From positions 1 to 52,445 of the IMG/VR virus record IMGVR_UViG_3300044630_000786: DNA of 52,445 bases. One strand, 5' to 3'. Below, one piece after another: positions 44,109-52,445 of the stretch. The translations under genes were made by a program, and so were the position numbers. The stretch's first letter is position 1; every line of letters starts with the position of its first letter. Below the pieces are notes generated by a model. That model searched no databases, was not told the origin of the DNA, and was given only the letters and a program-made list of their open reading frames with translations. The DNA is from a virus. Taxonomy: Duplodnaviria; Caudoviricetes.

Positions 44109-44323
44109 AGTACATCCCATTCAGAAACTTCAATTGCATTTTGCCCCGACTCATCTTCATAGTAACAGTCGTTATCTTCTTCAGCTGTCAAGCCAGCGTA
44201 CTCAGCAATTTCTTGAGCACGTTCAACTGCTTTCGCTTCAGTTGAGTAAACACCATCAATGGTGGTTTCACCACAATCATAAACTCTAATTACCCAAACT
44301 GTTTGATTCATAATCTTCTCCAA
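44105..44323 (-). CDS. Hypothetical protein
   Basis: GVYSTEAKA motif. Confidence 0.6.
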   Translation of the reverse strand: MEKIMNQTVWVIRVYDCGETTIDGVYSTEAKAVERAQEIAEYAGLTAEEDNDCYYEDESGQNAIEVSEWDVL

Positions 44324-45019
44324 TTAAACCACAAACCCAGTGGCGTCTTTCTTCGCTTTACCCTTTGCTTTCAAACCGACGATAACATTCTTGTCGTCAA
44401 GGAATCGCAAGTCGGTTTCATCGCCATTGATAACAGGACGACCAAGGAAAGTAGTAGGAACAACCTTAAATACCACAGCTACATTCATGCCTTCGTTAAC
44501 AGCCAAACGAACATCGAGATCGTTGCCATCAGCCTTGCTGAAAGTCAGGTGGTAGTTTGTGAGTTGTTTTACTTTGCGATTGCGCATCTTTGTATAATCA
44601 TAGAATTGCACTTCAGGGAACATTTGAAAAATATTGCGACCATCTAGGATCTCATACTTTTCCCACGCAATGTCTGAAGTACCATTCAAACGGAAGACAG
44701 GTGTCAAACCTTTCTTCTCGGCATACTTGATGGCGTTGTTGATATCCTTGAGTAGTTTGCTCATAAACTCAGGACGATTTTCGAAAAACATTTTTGTTTT
44801 GCGGATGCGTGCTTGCTGAATCACGTTGGTGGTTTCACCTTTCTTGAAGATGCCACCACGACCTGCAGTGTTCAAACATGCACTGGTGCAACCAGCTGTA
44901 CGTTTGGGGCAGGTTTCATAACCAGACAAATCTGCTGGCGCAAGGTGGAGGACAAAAGACAAGAAACCTTTCTTCTCGCCCTTCATCAACTTTGGGTTTC
45001 CAACTGTTAGCAGTTCCAT
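44324..45019 (-). CDS. GP88-like Cys-cluster protein (degenerate radical-SAM-like)
   Basis: CPKRTAGCTSACL, RLNGTSD, FYDYTK, YHLTFS, GDETDLRF. Confidence 0.7.
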   Translation of the reverse strand: MELLTVGNPKLMKGEKKGFLSFVLHLAPADLSGYETCPKRTAGCTSACLNTAGRGGIFKKGETTNVIQQARIRKTKMFFENRPEFMSKLLKDINNAIKYAEKKGLTPVFRLNGTSDIAWEKYEILDGRNIFQMFPEVQFYDYTKMRNRKVKQLTNYHLTFSKADGNDLDVRLAVNEGMNVAVVFKVVPTTFLGRPVINGDETDLRFLDDKNVIVGLKAKGKAKKDATGFVV

Positions 45020-45051
45020 AACAAAGATCCTTTTCTAATCATCATAAGATA

Positions 45052-45120
45052 ATTATACAGGAATATTGAATTATTGTAAAGCGATATTTTGCAATCCCCT
45101 ACACTTTGTAGGGTTATTTT
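45052..45120 (-). promoter_or_regulatory. Early promoter with upstream stem-loop
   Basis: TTTACA-N17-TATAAT; CCCTACA/TGTAGGG; near-copy of the 35690-35770 cassette. Confidence 0.8.
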
Positions 45121-45124
45121 GGGT

Positions 45125-46282
45125 CTAAAATAGGCTCTGGAGACGTGTTTTTAGCTCTCCAAAGTACTCTGAATCGGCGATCAGGGGCGATATTACCTTG
45201 ACGCAGTTGACTCCTGGGATGGTCGCTGCCATACCCTTCTCGGACAATTCAGCGAGGGTTATGAACCTTGGAGTATCAAAGCAAGCGAATAGACCATCAC
45301 CACGATATCCTAAGCCAAGTGAGTCTGCGATACCTTTCAACTCTGCTTGAATCGTTGGAGCACGAGATAGAAGGGTTTCAATTTTCTTTGTAGATGCGAG
45401 GGCTGCAGCGACTCCCTGCATGTTTGGTGCCCAAGTATGTCCGTGATCCCAAGACCTACGTGAAAGCATGTCGCTCACTCGCTTATTACAAACAGCAGCA
45501 CCTAGTGGTGAGTAGCCACCTGTCAATGCTTTACCCAACGCTGAGATGTCTGGTTGAACACCATATGCTTGGTAGCCAAACATAGTTCCCATCTTACCCC
45601 AACAAAGAGCAACGTCGTCAACAATCATTAGAACACCAAACTCATCACAAAGATTTCTAATAGTCTGCCACCAGTTTTGACTGTAAGGTGAAATGTCGCT
45701 TACCCATGGCATAGTTTCCATGATGATACAACCAATGTCAGGATTGGTTTCTAGTGTTTGTCTTACATTGCGTAGAGCCAAACCTTCAACATCATCTCTG
45801 TCTGCTAAGTTGCGCCACATTGGAGCACTGACAATCCTAGCACGATTTAGATAACCATACTCACCACGTAGATGCTTTGCGAGCATAGTTGTGCCGTGGT
45901 ATCCTGGAGCAAAACAAAGAATTTTATTCTTTTGAGGATAGCCACTATATTCCCAGTAAGAATCATTCATAGCAATTGCTGCCTCAACAGCATCACTACC
46001 ACTGACTGCCCAAGCAACAGATTCCCAGTTACCTTTCTCGCAAATATATTTTACGAGTTGTTCATTCTGTTCGCTAGTCTCTCCACTATTTCCACGCAAG
46101 AAATGAACGGATTGCTCACGCATCGCATTAAGCACATCACCATCATTATAACCAAGAACATAAGCTGCGTTACCACACTGAATATCAAGATGCTTTTCAT
46201 TCTCATAGTGTACCCAATATCGTGTTGTCCTAATAACTTGCTTACTTCTCTCGCTCATTGACCACTGTTTTAATTCGCTCAT
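45125..46282 (-). CDS. Class III PLP-dependent aminotransferase
   Basis: SGSDAVEAA, GYHGTT, LMIVDDV, QPDI..LGKALTGGY.PL, HGHTW. Confidence 0.9.
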   Translation of the reverse strand: MSELKQWSMSERSKQVIRTTRYWVHYENEKHLDIQCGNAAYVLGYNDGDVLNAMREQSVHFLRGNSGETSEQNEQLVKYICEKGNWESVAWAVSGSDAVEAAIAMNDSYWEYSGYPQKNKILCFAPGYHGTTMLAKHLRGEYGYLNRARIVSAPMWRNLADRDDVEGLALRNVRQTLETNPDIGCIIMETMPWVSDISPYSQNWWQTIRNLCDEFGVLMIVDDVALCWGKMGTMFGYQAYGVQPDISALGKALTGGYSPLGAAVCNKRVSDMLSRRSWDHGHTWAPNMQGVAAALASTKKIETLLSRAPTIQAELKGIADSLGLGYRGDGLFACFDTPRFITLAELSEKGMAATIPGVNCVKVISPLIADSEYFGELKTRLQSLF

Positions 46283-46815
46283 CTTATCACTATATCAATT
46301 ACTTGATACTTCTCCTTATTTGCTACATGGAAATAAATTAGTTCCGCAAGTTCATTGGGATTAATCTTGAACCCTTCGATTTGACTTGCAAGTTGTGTAT
46401 CTACCCACGAAGGTCTAACATTCATTATATAAGGAAACCTGCTTATTGTCAAGTCTTTACAAAGATTGTCTAACATTCGTTTGTGTTGGAAGTATCCCGC
46501 AAATTCTGCAGGGTGGTTGTTTTCGTTGTAGAGATAGGTGACTGCGCTTGACAGATTAACAATAACCTTGTTCTTGCCAAGCCACAAGTCGTGGACTTTA
46601 TTTAAAAGATATACTTGATTTGGTAAAGCATTGTTGATGAATACATCAGAAGATTGACACTCGAGCAATAGTTCTTCTACTACTCGAGTGTCAGTTACGT
46701 CTTTACCGTTTTGAATATCATAGCCAACACATTGCGAACCGTTGTTGTTAAATGTTTCAAAAATCGCTTTACCAATACCAGATACATGCCCAGTTATAAC
46801 AACTTTCATTATCAC
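46279..46815 (-). CDS. Short-chain dehydrogenase-like Rossmann protein
   Basis: VITGHVSGIG, DVFINNA, IVNLSS, YxxxK. Confidence 0.8.
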   Translation of the reverse strand: MIMKVVITGHVSGIGKAIFETFNNNGSQCVGYDIQNGKDVTDTRVVEELLLECQSSDVFINNALPNQVYLLNKVHDLWLGKNKVIVNLSSAVTYLYNENNHPAEFAGYFQHKRMLDNLCKDLTISRFPYIMNVRPSWVDTQLASQIEGFKINPNELAELIYFHVANKEKYQVIDIVIR

Positions 46816-46899
46816 CTCATTTTGACGTCATTCCAATTATTTTATAGGGAGCGAACCATGCTTCAAGAAACAGGTACACCCACAAATCGATTATCATAT

Positions 46900-47202
46900 T
46901 TATTCTGATTTGTCAGAATCCATTGCTGCGGTCTTTTCTTTAGTGCGACCATACGCAGCGATACCTAGAACAGCACCCATAGCGATATGGAAGAATCCTG
47001 CACCTTGTAAAGAGATTGGTGCCCATTGCATTTTAACTTCGCCACCACCAATTACCTGAACAAGAGACCATAGAATTGGCGCTACGATAAAGTCGAAAAT
47101 ACATACTGCCATGTATGTCCAACCCATCGCAGGACGCCACTTCTTAGTCATCCAATCTTCTTGCTTGCCATTCACAGCAACATCTGTAGAAACTTCTGGC
47201 AT
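46900..47202 (-). CDS. Holin-like protein (3TM/GTA holin family)
   Basis: KWRPAMGW...MGAVLGI.AYGRT.EK. Confidence 0.7.
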   Translation of the reverse strand: MPEVSTDVAVNGKQEDWMTKKWRPAMGWTYMAVCIFDFIVAPILWSLVQVIGGGEVKMQWAPISLQGAGFFHIAMGAVLGIAAYGRTKEKTAAMDSDKSE

Positions 47203-47247
47203 TTTAAACTCCTTGTATTAATAGTTATATGGAGGAAATGGATATAC

Positions 47248-47811
47248 TTAGAAGAACAGGAAAACACCCTGCGCTGAAAGTATTAAACCAATACCTGCTA
47301 CTGCAAAACTAGCCCAGAACATTGACATACTTACAGCAAGAATACTTGCTGACAATACAACAATCGCTAATTGATATGCTGTACTTGCATAACCAATCCA
47401 TGGACTACCTTTTTTGGCTTCATCACGTAGACGTTCCATTTCACGTGCTTTTGCCATAATTTCTTTTTTGTCATCTTCCATACGCTTCTGTTCAGAAGCA
47501 AATTCTTTTTTCAACGCAGGGTCGCTAGTTGTCTTAGAAGCAATCTCATAACTTACACCACGACCATTCTTTGCTTGGTAATATGACCATGCGTTGTTTG
47601 CTCCTAGTGTATTGTTTAAAATTGTACTAGACAATTTACCACCATACCAACTGTTGACTGCTAAGAATAAAGCAAAGACAGAAATAACCATACCTGCTTT
47701 GTCTTTAATCTTCGCTTCCCTTTCGCTACGTGAGCCAGCTGGTGGCTTTGGTGCGTCAGGATCTTTTGGTTCCTTGTTGATTAACTTTAGAATTGAGTCA
47801 TGAAGTGCCAT
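47248..47811 (-). CDS. DUF4337-like membrane protein
   Basis: NAWSYYQAK, QLAIVVLSASIL. Confidence 0.7.
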   Translation of the reverse strand: MALHDSILKLINKEPKDPDAPKPPAGSRSEREAKIKDKAGMVISVFALFLAVNSWYGGKLSSTILNNTLGANNAWSYYQAKNGRGVSYEIASKTTSDPALKKEFASEQKRMEDDKKEIMAKAREMERLRDEAKKGSPWIGYASTAYQLAIVVLSASILAVSMSMFWASFAVAGIGLILSAQGVFLFF

Positions 47812-47845
47812 CTCTTTTTCCTTATAGAATAATAACTTACCTTAT

Positions 47846-48325
47846 TTATTTTCCTGCAAGAGGATTATCCAATGCTTTTTGAATTTTCGAATCAATTTCT
47901 TTTCTTAAATTGCGAACATCTTGCTCAGTTTCACGTTGAGATGTTTTACTGCTTCTCTCAACTTGTTCAACAACACCCTCTAAACGACGAATGTCATTCT
48001 TTAGGTCGTTCTTAATATCACGTGTATAATCGGTTGTCTTTTGACTATTCTCTTCGATAACTGCTAGACGTTTGTCGAATGCAGATAAGTCTGGTGCTAC
48101 GTATTTTGCGATTCTTTCTTTCATGCTTTGATAGTCTTTGTAGACTTCAAATGCACCATAAAGACCACCAAGAATTGATGATACTAACGTAAATGCTACC
48201 ATCAATTTAGCTGGTGTAAACTCATACCCACCAATACTAATTACTGTATCTTTGCTTGCATACTTTTTAACTGCTGCCTCTGCCTCATCTATCTTAGCAT
48301 TGACGTCTTTGATTTCTTCTGCCAT
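47846..48325 (-). CDS. Membrane-anchored coiled-coil protein (paralogue of next gene)
   Basis: Shares KKYASKDTVISIGGYEFTPAKLMVA and KALDNPL with 48346..48963. Confidence 0.8.
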   Translation of the reverse strand: MAEEIKDVNAKIDEAEAAVKKYASKDTVISIGGYEFTPAKLMVAFTLVSSILGGLYGAFEVYKDYQSMKERIAKYVAPDLSAFDKRLAVIEENSQKTTDYTRDIKNDLKNDIRRLEGVVEQVERSSKTSQRETEQDVRNLRKEIDSKIQKALDNPLAGK

Positions 48326-48345
48326 CTATTACTCTACTTTCTCCG

Positions 48346-48963
48346 TTAATTATTTAATGGATTGTCTAGTGCCTTTTTAATTTTAATGTCAACCTCACTA
48401 CGTAAGGCACGAATTTCTTGTTGTACTTCTTTTTGGTTTCTAGCCATCTCTTGTTGAGATCTTGTAATTTCTTGGTTTACTTCTTTTACTGATTGGTCTG
48501 AGTAGCGACGAACTTCTTTTAGTGTTGCATCGTTCTCACGCTTAATTTCTTTAACAGACAAATCGGTTTCACGCTGAGCAGCTTTACTGCTTCGCTCAAC
48601 ATTTTCTACAACACCTTCTAATCTGCGCACATCATCTTTTAGATCTGTCTTGATTGATGATGTGTATTCAACCATTTTATTAGTGTTGGCATCCAAGACT
48701 TCCATCTTCTTATAGATTTCGGTTAAGTCTGGTGTAACATATTTCGCAATCTTGTCCTTCATATTCATGTAGTCTTTGTAAACTTCGAATGCACCATAAA
48801 GACCACCTAGTAAAGAAGATACGATAGTAGCTGCTACCATCAACTTTGCTGGAGTAAACTCGTACCCACCAATGCTGATAACAGTGTCTTTACTAGCATA
48901 CTTTTTAACATTAGCGTCAAGATTATCGATTGCTTTGTTGACGTCTTTGATTTCTTCTGACAT
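48346..48963 (-). CDS. Membrane-anchored coiled-coil protein
   Basis: Tandem paralogue with longer coiled coil. Confidence 0.8.
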   Translation of the reverse strand: MSEEIKDVNKAIDNLDANVKKYASKDTVISIGGYEFTPAKLMVAATIVSSLLGGLYGAFEVYKDYMNMKDKIAKYVTPDLTEIYKKMEVLDANTNKMVEYTSSIKTDLKDDVRRLEGVVENVERSSKAAQRETDLSVKEIKRENDATLKEVRRYSDQSVKEVNQEITRSQQEMARNQKEVQQEIRALRSEVDIKIKKALDNPLNN

Positions 48964-48974
48964 TTTACTACCTC

Positions 48975-51209
48975 TTATTTTGTGAGATTAAATTGACTTT
49001 CTACCATTTGATTATGTGTTTTATCAGTAGCACCAAATAATCCTCTGCCAGCATTTCTATTATCTACATTGACACCACCATAAATGGTGACAGGTTTGTA
49101 GAACGTATTGTCTATCATTCTAAAATGCGAGTATGTATCAAACCCTGGAGTAAATCCCATTGCTTGTATCACAACATTCTGTATTTGCTTCTGCGATTCC
49201 ATATCAGCGACCTTACCCATTTCGTTAGCAAGGTCTTTACCTTTAGCAACAGCTTCTGCTTTTGCTGCTGCTTCTCTTCTTGCTTGTAATTCTTGTCTAG
49301 CAGTTGGTGCTGGTCTTGCGCCTTCAGTATCTTTACCTTGCGCTTGTTGTGTTCCACCTGCAGGTTTATCACCACCCTCTGCTTTTCTTTCACCACCTTC
49401 TCGATTATCGCCACCACCTTTAGCAGCAGGTGGAGGTGGAGCAGCAGGTGGAGGTGGAGCTTGCACTAACTGAACTGGAGCAGATGGTGCAGCAGATGAA
49501 TTAGTAGTTGGTGCTGGCGCAGCAATAACTTTATCTACGTTAGTATCACCAGTTTTAGATACACTTGCTGAAACTGTACCATCTGAACTTATAGATGTTG
49601 ATGCAGTTGTAGTAGATTCTTTTGGTGCGTTCTGAGCGATAACACCAGCAGTTGCTACAGTAGAAGCAATTCCTTGTTTTTCAAGTACCATTTTCTTAGC
49701 GTATGCTTCAGAATAATTTGGACAAGTTCTATCATACAAACCATTTAAAGAACATTGTTGTGAAAAATATGCCTGAGCATATCCAGAACATGAAGTTGAA
49801 TATAGAGCATTTAAAGAACATTGCTGATTAAAATATGCTTGTTGATAACCATCGCAAGTTGTAGAATAGAGTGGGTTTGCTGAGCACTGTTGTTGTAAAT
49901 ACGCAGCAGCATATCCAGGGCATGCCTGACTGTATAACTGATTTGCGTTACATTGTTGTGTAAAGTATGCTTGCTCATATCCTGGACATGAAGGACTATA
50001 CAAAGGATTTGCTGAGCATTGTTGTGTTAGATATGCTGCTGCGTATCCTGGACATTGTGTATCATATAATGGGTTTGCTGTACACTGTTGAGTCAAATAA
50101 GCTGCTGCGTATCCAGAACAAGATGTAGATGACAATGGATCTGTCAAACATGGATCTGCTGTATATAATGCTCTACTATACATATTTGTGATACTAGCAT
50201 TGCCACTAGTCCATGGTGACATAGCGAAACCACCTAAAGTAGACAACAGTCTAGAAGAACTAAACCTAAATTGTCTATTAAATGTTCCTGACATACCATA
50301 ATCGCCACCATTGTGTGTATGAGATGTACTTTCTAACACAGCTCCAGTATTAGATGTAATTGCAACACCAACTCCCGCATCTGAATAGTTCCAACCTGAC
50401 AAACAAAAACCAAATAGATCCCATATAGCACATTGTCTTCCAGCTACGCTGTAGTTATATCCATAATTAAACCCATGGATTGTTGCGCCTGAACCTGCAA
50501 AAGACAACGCTTGATTAATCGCATATGCTTGTGATCCAGTCATACCAGAAAACAAGTTATCGCTAATCGACACAGTATTATAGTTTGGGCATGATGGACT
50601 GTAAGCAGGATTAGACATACAAGGATCAGTTGTATAGTTAAGTGTTAGAGATGGCTCTCTAACTTGCGGTCCATAGTATCCTGCCCAGAATCTACTATCT
50701 TTACCAGTGAATGATAATTGTATTGCGTCTGTCGCCAGCAAACTATGTTCACTAGCAAAGTTTTGTGTTCCAGTTTTTAATTCAAATCCATTTGTTACAG
50801 CATTATAATTATACGTATAAGTTTCAAGAGGACTTGTACCTCTCATCAATTGAACTTGTCCACTCAATGTTCCTGATTGTTCACCAGAGTTATTGATTTT
50901 CCAAGAGTAGTTATATCCTTGGATTTTGATACCAGAGTTTGATAGATCTAATGCTTGTTGAATAGCAAATGCTTCAGCGTTTATTCTTTGTGTTGCAGTA
51001 GAAGTTGTATATCCAAAAATAAGCGTATCTGTTGTAGAATTATATGCTGGTCCATTACCCCCACCACTAAACCCACCATTCTGACCTGGAACTGACCCAA
51101 CCCAAGAATTAACTGATGGTGTTAGAATGTTATTAGAGATAATTGATTGTGCATGTGCTACTGAATAACTCAGTATTAACCCAAGCCAAACTATCCACAA
51201 CTTTTTCAA
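48975..51209 (-). CDS. Exported protein with seven 22-aa Cys repeats and Pro/Ala-rich linker
   Basis: Signal peptide; CxxNPLYSxxCxGYxxAYxxQQ x7. Confidence 0.8.
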   Translation of the reverse strand: MKKLWIVWLGLILSYSVAHAQSIISNNILTPSVNSWVGSVPGQNGGFSGGGNGPAYNSTTDTLIFGYTTSTATQRINAEAFAIQQALDLSNSGIKIQGYNYSWKINNSGEQSGTLSGQVQLMRGTSPLETYTYNYNAVTNGFELKTGTQNFASEHSLLATDAIQLSFTGKDSRFWAGYYGPQVREPSLTLNYTTDPCMSNPAYSPSCPNYNTVSISDNLFSGMTGSQAYAINQALSFAGSGATIHGFNYGYNYSVAGRQCAIWDLFGFCLSGWNYSDAGVGVAITSNTGAVLESTSHTHNGGDYGMSGTFNRQFRFSSSRLLSTLGGFAMSPWTSGNASITNMYSRALYTADPCLTDPLSSTSCSGYAAAYLTQQCTANPLYDTQCPGYAAAYLTQQCSANPLYSPSCPGYEQAYFTQQCNANQLYSQACPGYAAAYLQQQCSANPLYSTTCDGYQQAYFNQQCSLNALYSTSCSGYAQAYFSQQCSLNGLYDRTCPNYSEAYAKKMVLEKQGIASTVATAGVIAQNAPKESTTTASTSISSDGTVSASVSKTGDTNVDKVIAAPAPTTNSSAAPSAPVQLVQAPPPPAAPPPPAAKGGGDNREGGERKAEGGDKPAGGTQQAQGKDTEGARPAPTARQELQARREAAAKAEAVAKGKDLANEMGKVADMESQKQIQNVVIQAMGFTPGFDTYSHFRMIDNTFYKPVTIYGGVNVDNRNAGRGLFGATDKTHNQMVESQFNLTK
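49700..50155 (-). repeat. 66-bp coding tandem repeat, about 7 units (approximate bounds)
   Basis: Repeated CxxNPLY...CPGY...QQ. Confidence 0.75.
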
Positions 51210-51211
51210 TT

Positions 51212-51700
51212 TTAATCCTTACTTTTGACTTTTTGTGGAGCACGACGTTCTCTTTCTGGAAGTAGTTTATCTTCTTCCCAGATAACTTTCGCTGCTTCAC
51301 CGATCTTTCCGTCTACTGGACAAGGTGTTCCTGCATTCATCATAGCAGTAAATACACGTTCGTCCTGACATAGTGTAGCAACTGCTGCTACTTTCATTCC
51401 CATGTCAAATAAGGTTTTAGATAGTTTAAGTCTTTCACAATTTTTGTCTACGAATGTAGAGCCAATTGCGATACCCAAGATTTGGGTTTGGGCTGCGCCA
51501 GATACACCGACAGCACAAAGATCGTTATTGATACTTGTGATTGCTGGCGCCACTGCTGTTGGTGGTGGCGATTTGATGGTTGTTGTTGATTCTGATGTCG
51601 TACTGCTTCTAGATGTCGAGTCGGTTACGATGGGATCTGCTGCCACCGCAAGAGATATATCCATGACCAAAAGAAGCAGGATCGCTGCTTTTTTAATCAT
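51212..51700 (-). CDS. Conserved exported phage protein
   Basis: Signal peptide; NCERLKLSKTL..MGMKVAAV..LCQD.RV, AGTPCP. Confidence 0.8.
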   Translation of the reverse strand: MIKKAAILLLLVMDISLAVAADPIVTDSTSRSSTTSESTTTIKSPPPTAVAPAITSINNDLCAVGVSGAAQTQILGIAIGSTFVDKNCERLKLSKTLFDMGMKVAAVATLCQDERVFTAMMNAGTPCPVDGKIGEAAKVIWEEDKLLPERERRAPQKVKSKD

Positions 51701-51740
51701 TTTACTTCCTTTGTTTTGTTTTTATAGTTTTATTGCAACA

Positions 51741-52445
51741 CTATTTATATTTGTCAGGTCTGCCATTTGTTGGCTTTGATAAAACTTCCTGAATATCAGA
51801 GTTAATAGTAAACTCGGTTTCCTTTGCGGAAAATGGCGACTCCTGTTGCAACTCTATCGTTGGAGTCGGTTCGATAGGTTGGATTGGTTGTTGTTTAATT
51901 TCTTCAACTACCGCAAGAAAATCTTCAGTTTTCTTAGGAACAGGAACATCAGCACGTTTATATAACTCTGGTTCCCAGTCCTCAGGTTTTACCTCTGGCT
52001 CTTCTTGCTTTACTGGTTCTGGTTTATACACCATAGGACCAACTGAATCAACCCCTGGAACTTTCCATACCCATGGTTTCTTCAGATAAGCATATTTATC
52101 AATTTCAGGTTCTACCTTAACATCTTCTTTAACTTTTTCAGGTAGGGGTTCACCTTTATCTAATGCTCTAGCAACTTCTTTCCCACGATCAAAAAATGAT
52201 TTAATTCCTGGATCATCGAACGGATCTTTTTTCTTCTGTTCTCTATTCCAAGCCATAAGCAATAACACTGCTAATGGATCGAAGACTAGCACAATCATGA
52301 TGATAACTATACGGACAGCACTTTCAAGTAAGTTGTCGTCTAGTGTATCACCATAAAGTAGTGCTGCAATATATTTTATCGGACCGACTTCGGCTTCGAC
52401 TTTACGGACTTCGCTGGCGATTGGCGCACGCTCTTGGTTGAGTTT
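51741..52445 (-). CDS. T4-like membrane protein, 5'-truncated by window edge
   Basis: Frame open to the edge: EAEVGPIKYIA...VFDPLAVLLL. Confidence 0.8.
   Translation of the reverse strand, partial: KLNQERAPIASEVRKVEAEVGPIKYIAALLYGDTLDDNLLESAVRIVIIMIVLVFDPLAVLLLMAWNREQKKKDPFDDPGIKSFFDRGKEVARALDKGEPLPEKVKEDVKVEPEIDKYAYLKKPWVWKVPGVDSVGPMVYKPEPVKQEEPEVKPEDWEPELYKRADVPVPKKTEDFLAVVEEIKQQPIQPIEPTPTIELQQESPFSAKETEFTINSDIQEVLSKPTNGRPDKYK
51742..51749 (-). promoter_or_regulatory. Late promoter TATAAATA
   Basis: Exact consensus upstream of 51700. Confidence 0.65.

Noticed and set aside
47846-48963. Diversity-generating retroelement TR/VR pair
   Set aside because: Both copies are intact ORFs that look like ordinary paralogues, and no reverse transcriptase is present in the window

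Overview
A 52 kb segment of a large T4-like (myovirus-type) phage genome; essentially every real gene is on the minus strand. Evidence: T4-type RNase H, DsbA-like protein, ATP-dependent DNA ligase, dCMP deaminase, PhoH, TATAAATA late promoters and about ten sigma70-type early promoters (TTTAC[AT]-N17-TATAAT), several with an upstream stem-loop. The ahpC-ahpD pair and an ANDE-type tmRNA tag suggest a proteobacterial, probably betaproteobacterial, host (inference). The window holds a translation-support island: 27 tRNA genes covering all 20 amino acids (several non-canonical), bS21, GroES, an HNH nuclease and several unannotated stem-closed structured RNAs. It also holds a circularly permuted two-piece tmRNA whose intervening segment encodes a 23-aa hydrophobic peptide, and accessory enzyme clusters (AdoMetDC-like + amidinotransferase + three hydroxylase-like proteins; FabF + five cupin paralogues; aminotransferase + SDR; B12 radical SAM; desaturase). 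The most striking unannotated feature is at the head of the tRNA array. A leaderless 41-codon ORF uses 34 different codons (19 amino acids, and a codon for 26 of the 27 encoded tRNAs). Its 3' end is one arm of an antiterminator that is mutually exclusive with an intrinsic terminator. This looks like a ribosome-coupled attenuator that surveys the whole tRNA pool and switches on the phage tRNA operon when translation stalls. All calls are from manual reading; no database searches were run.
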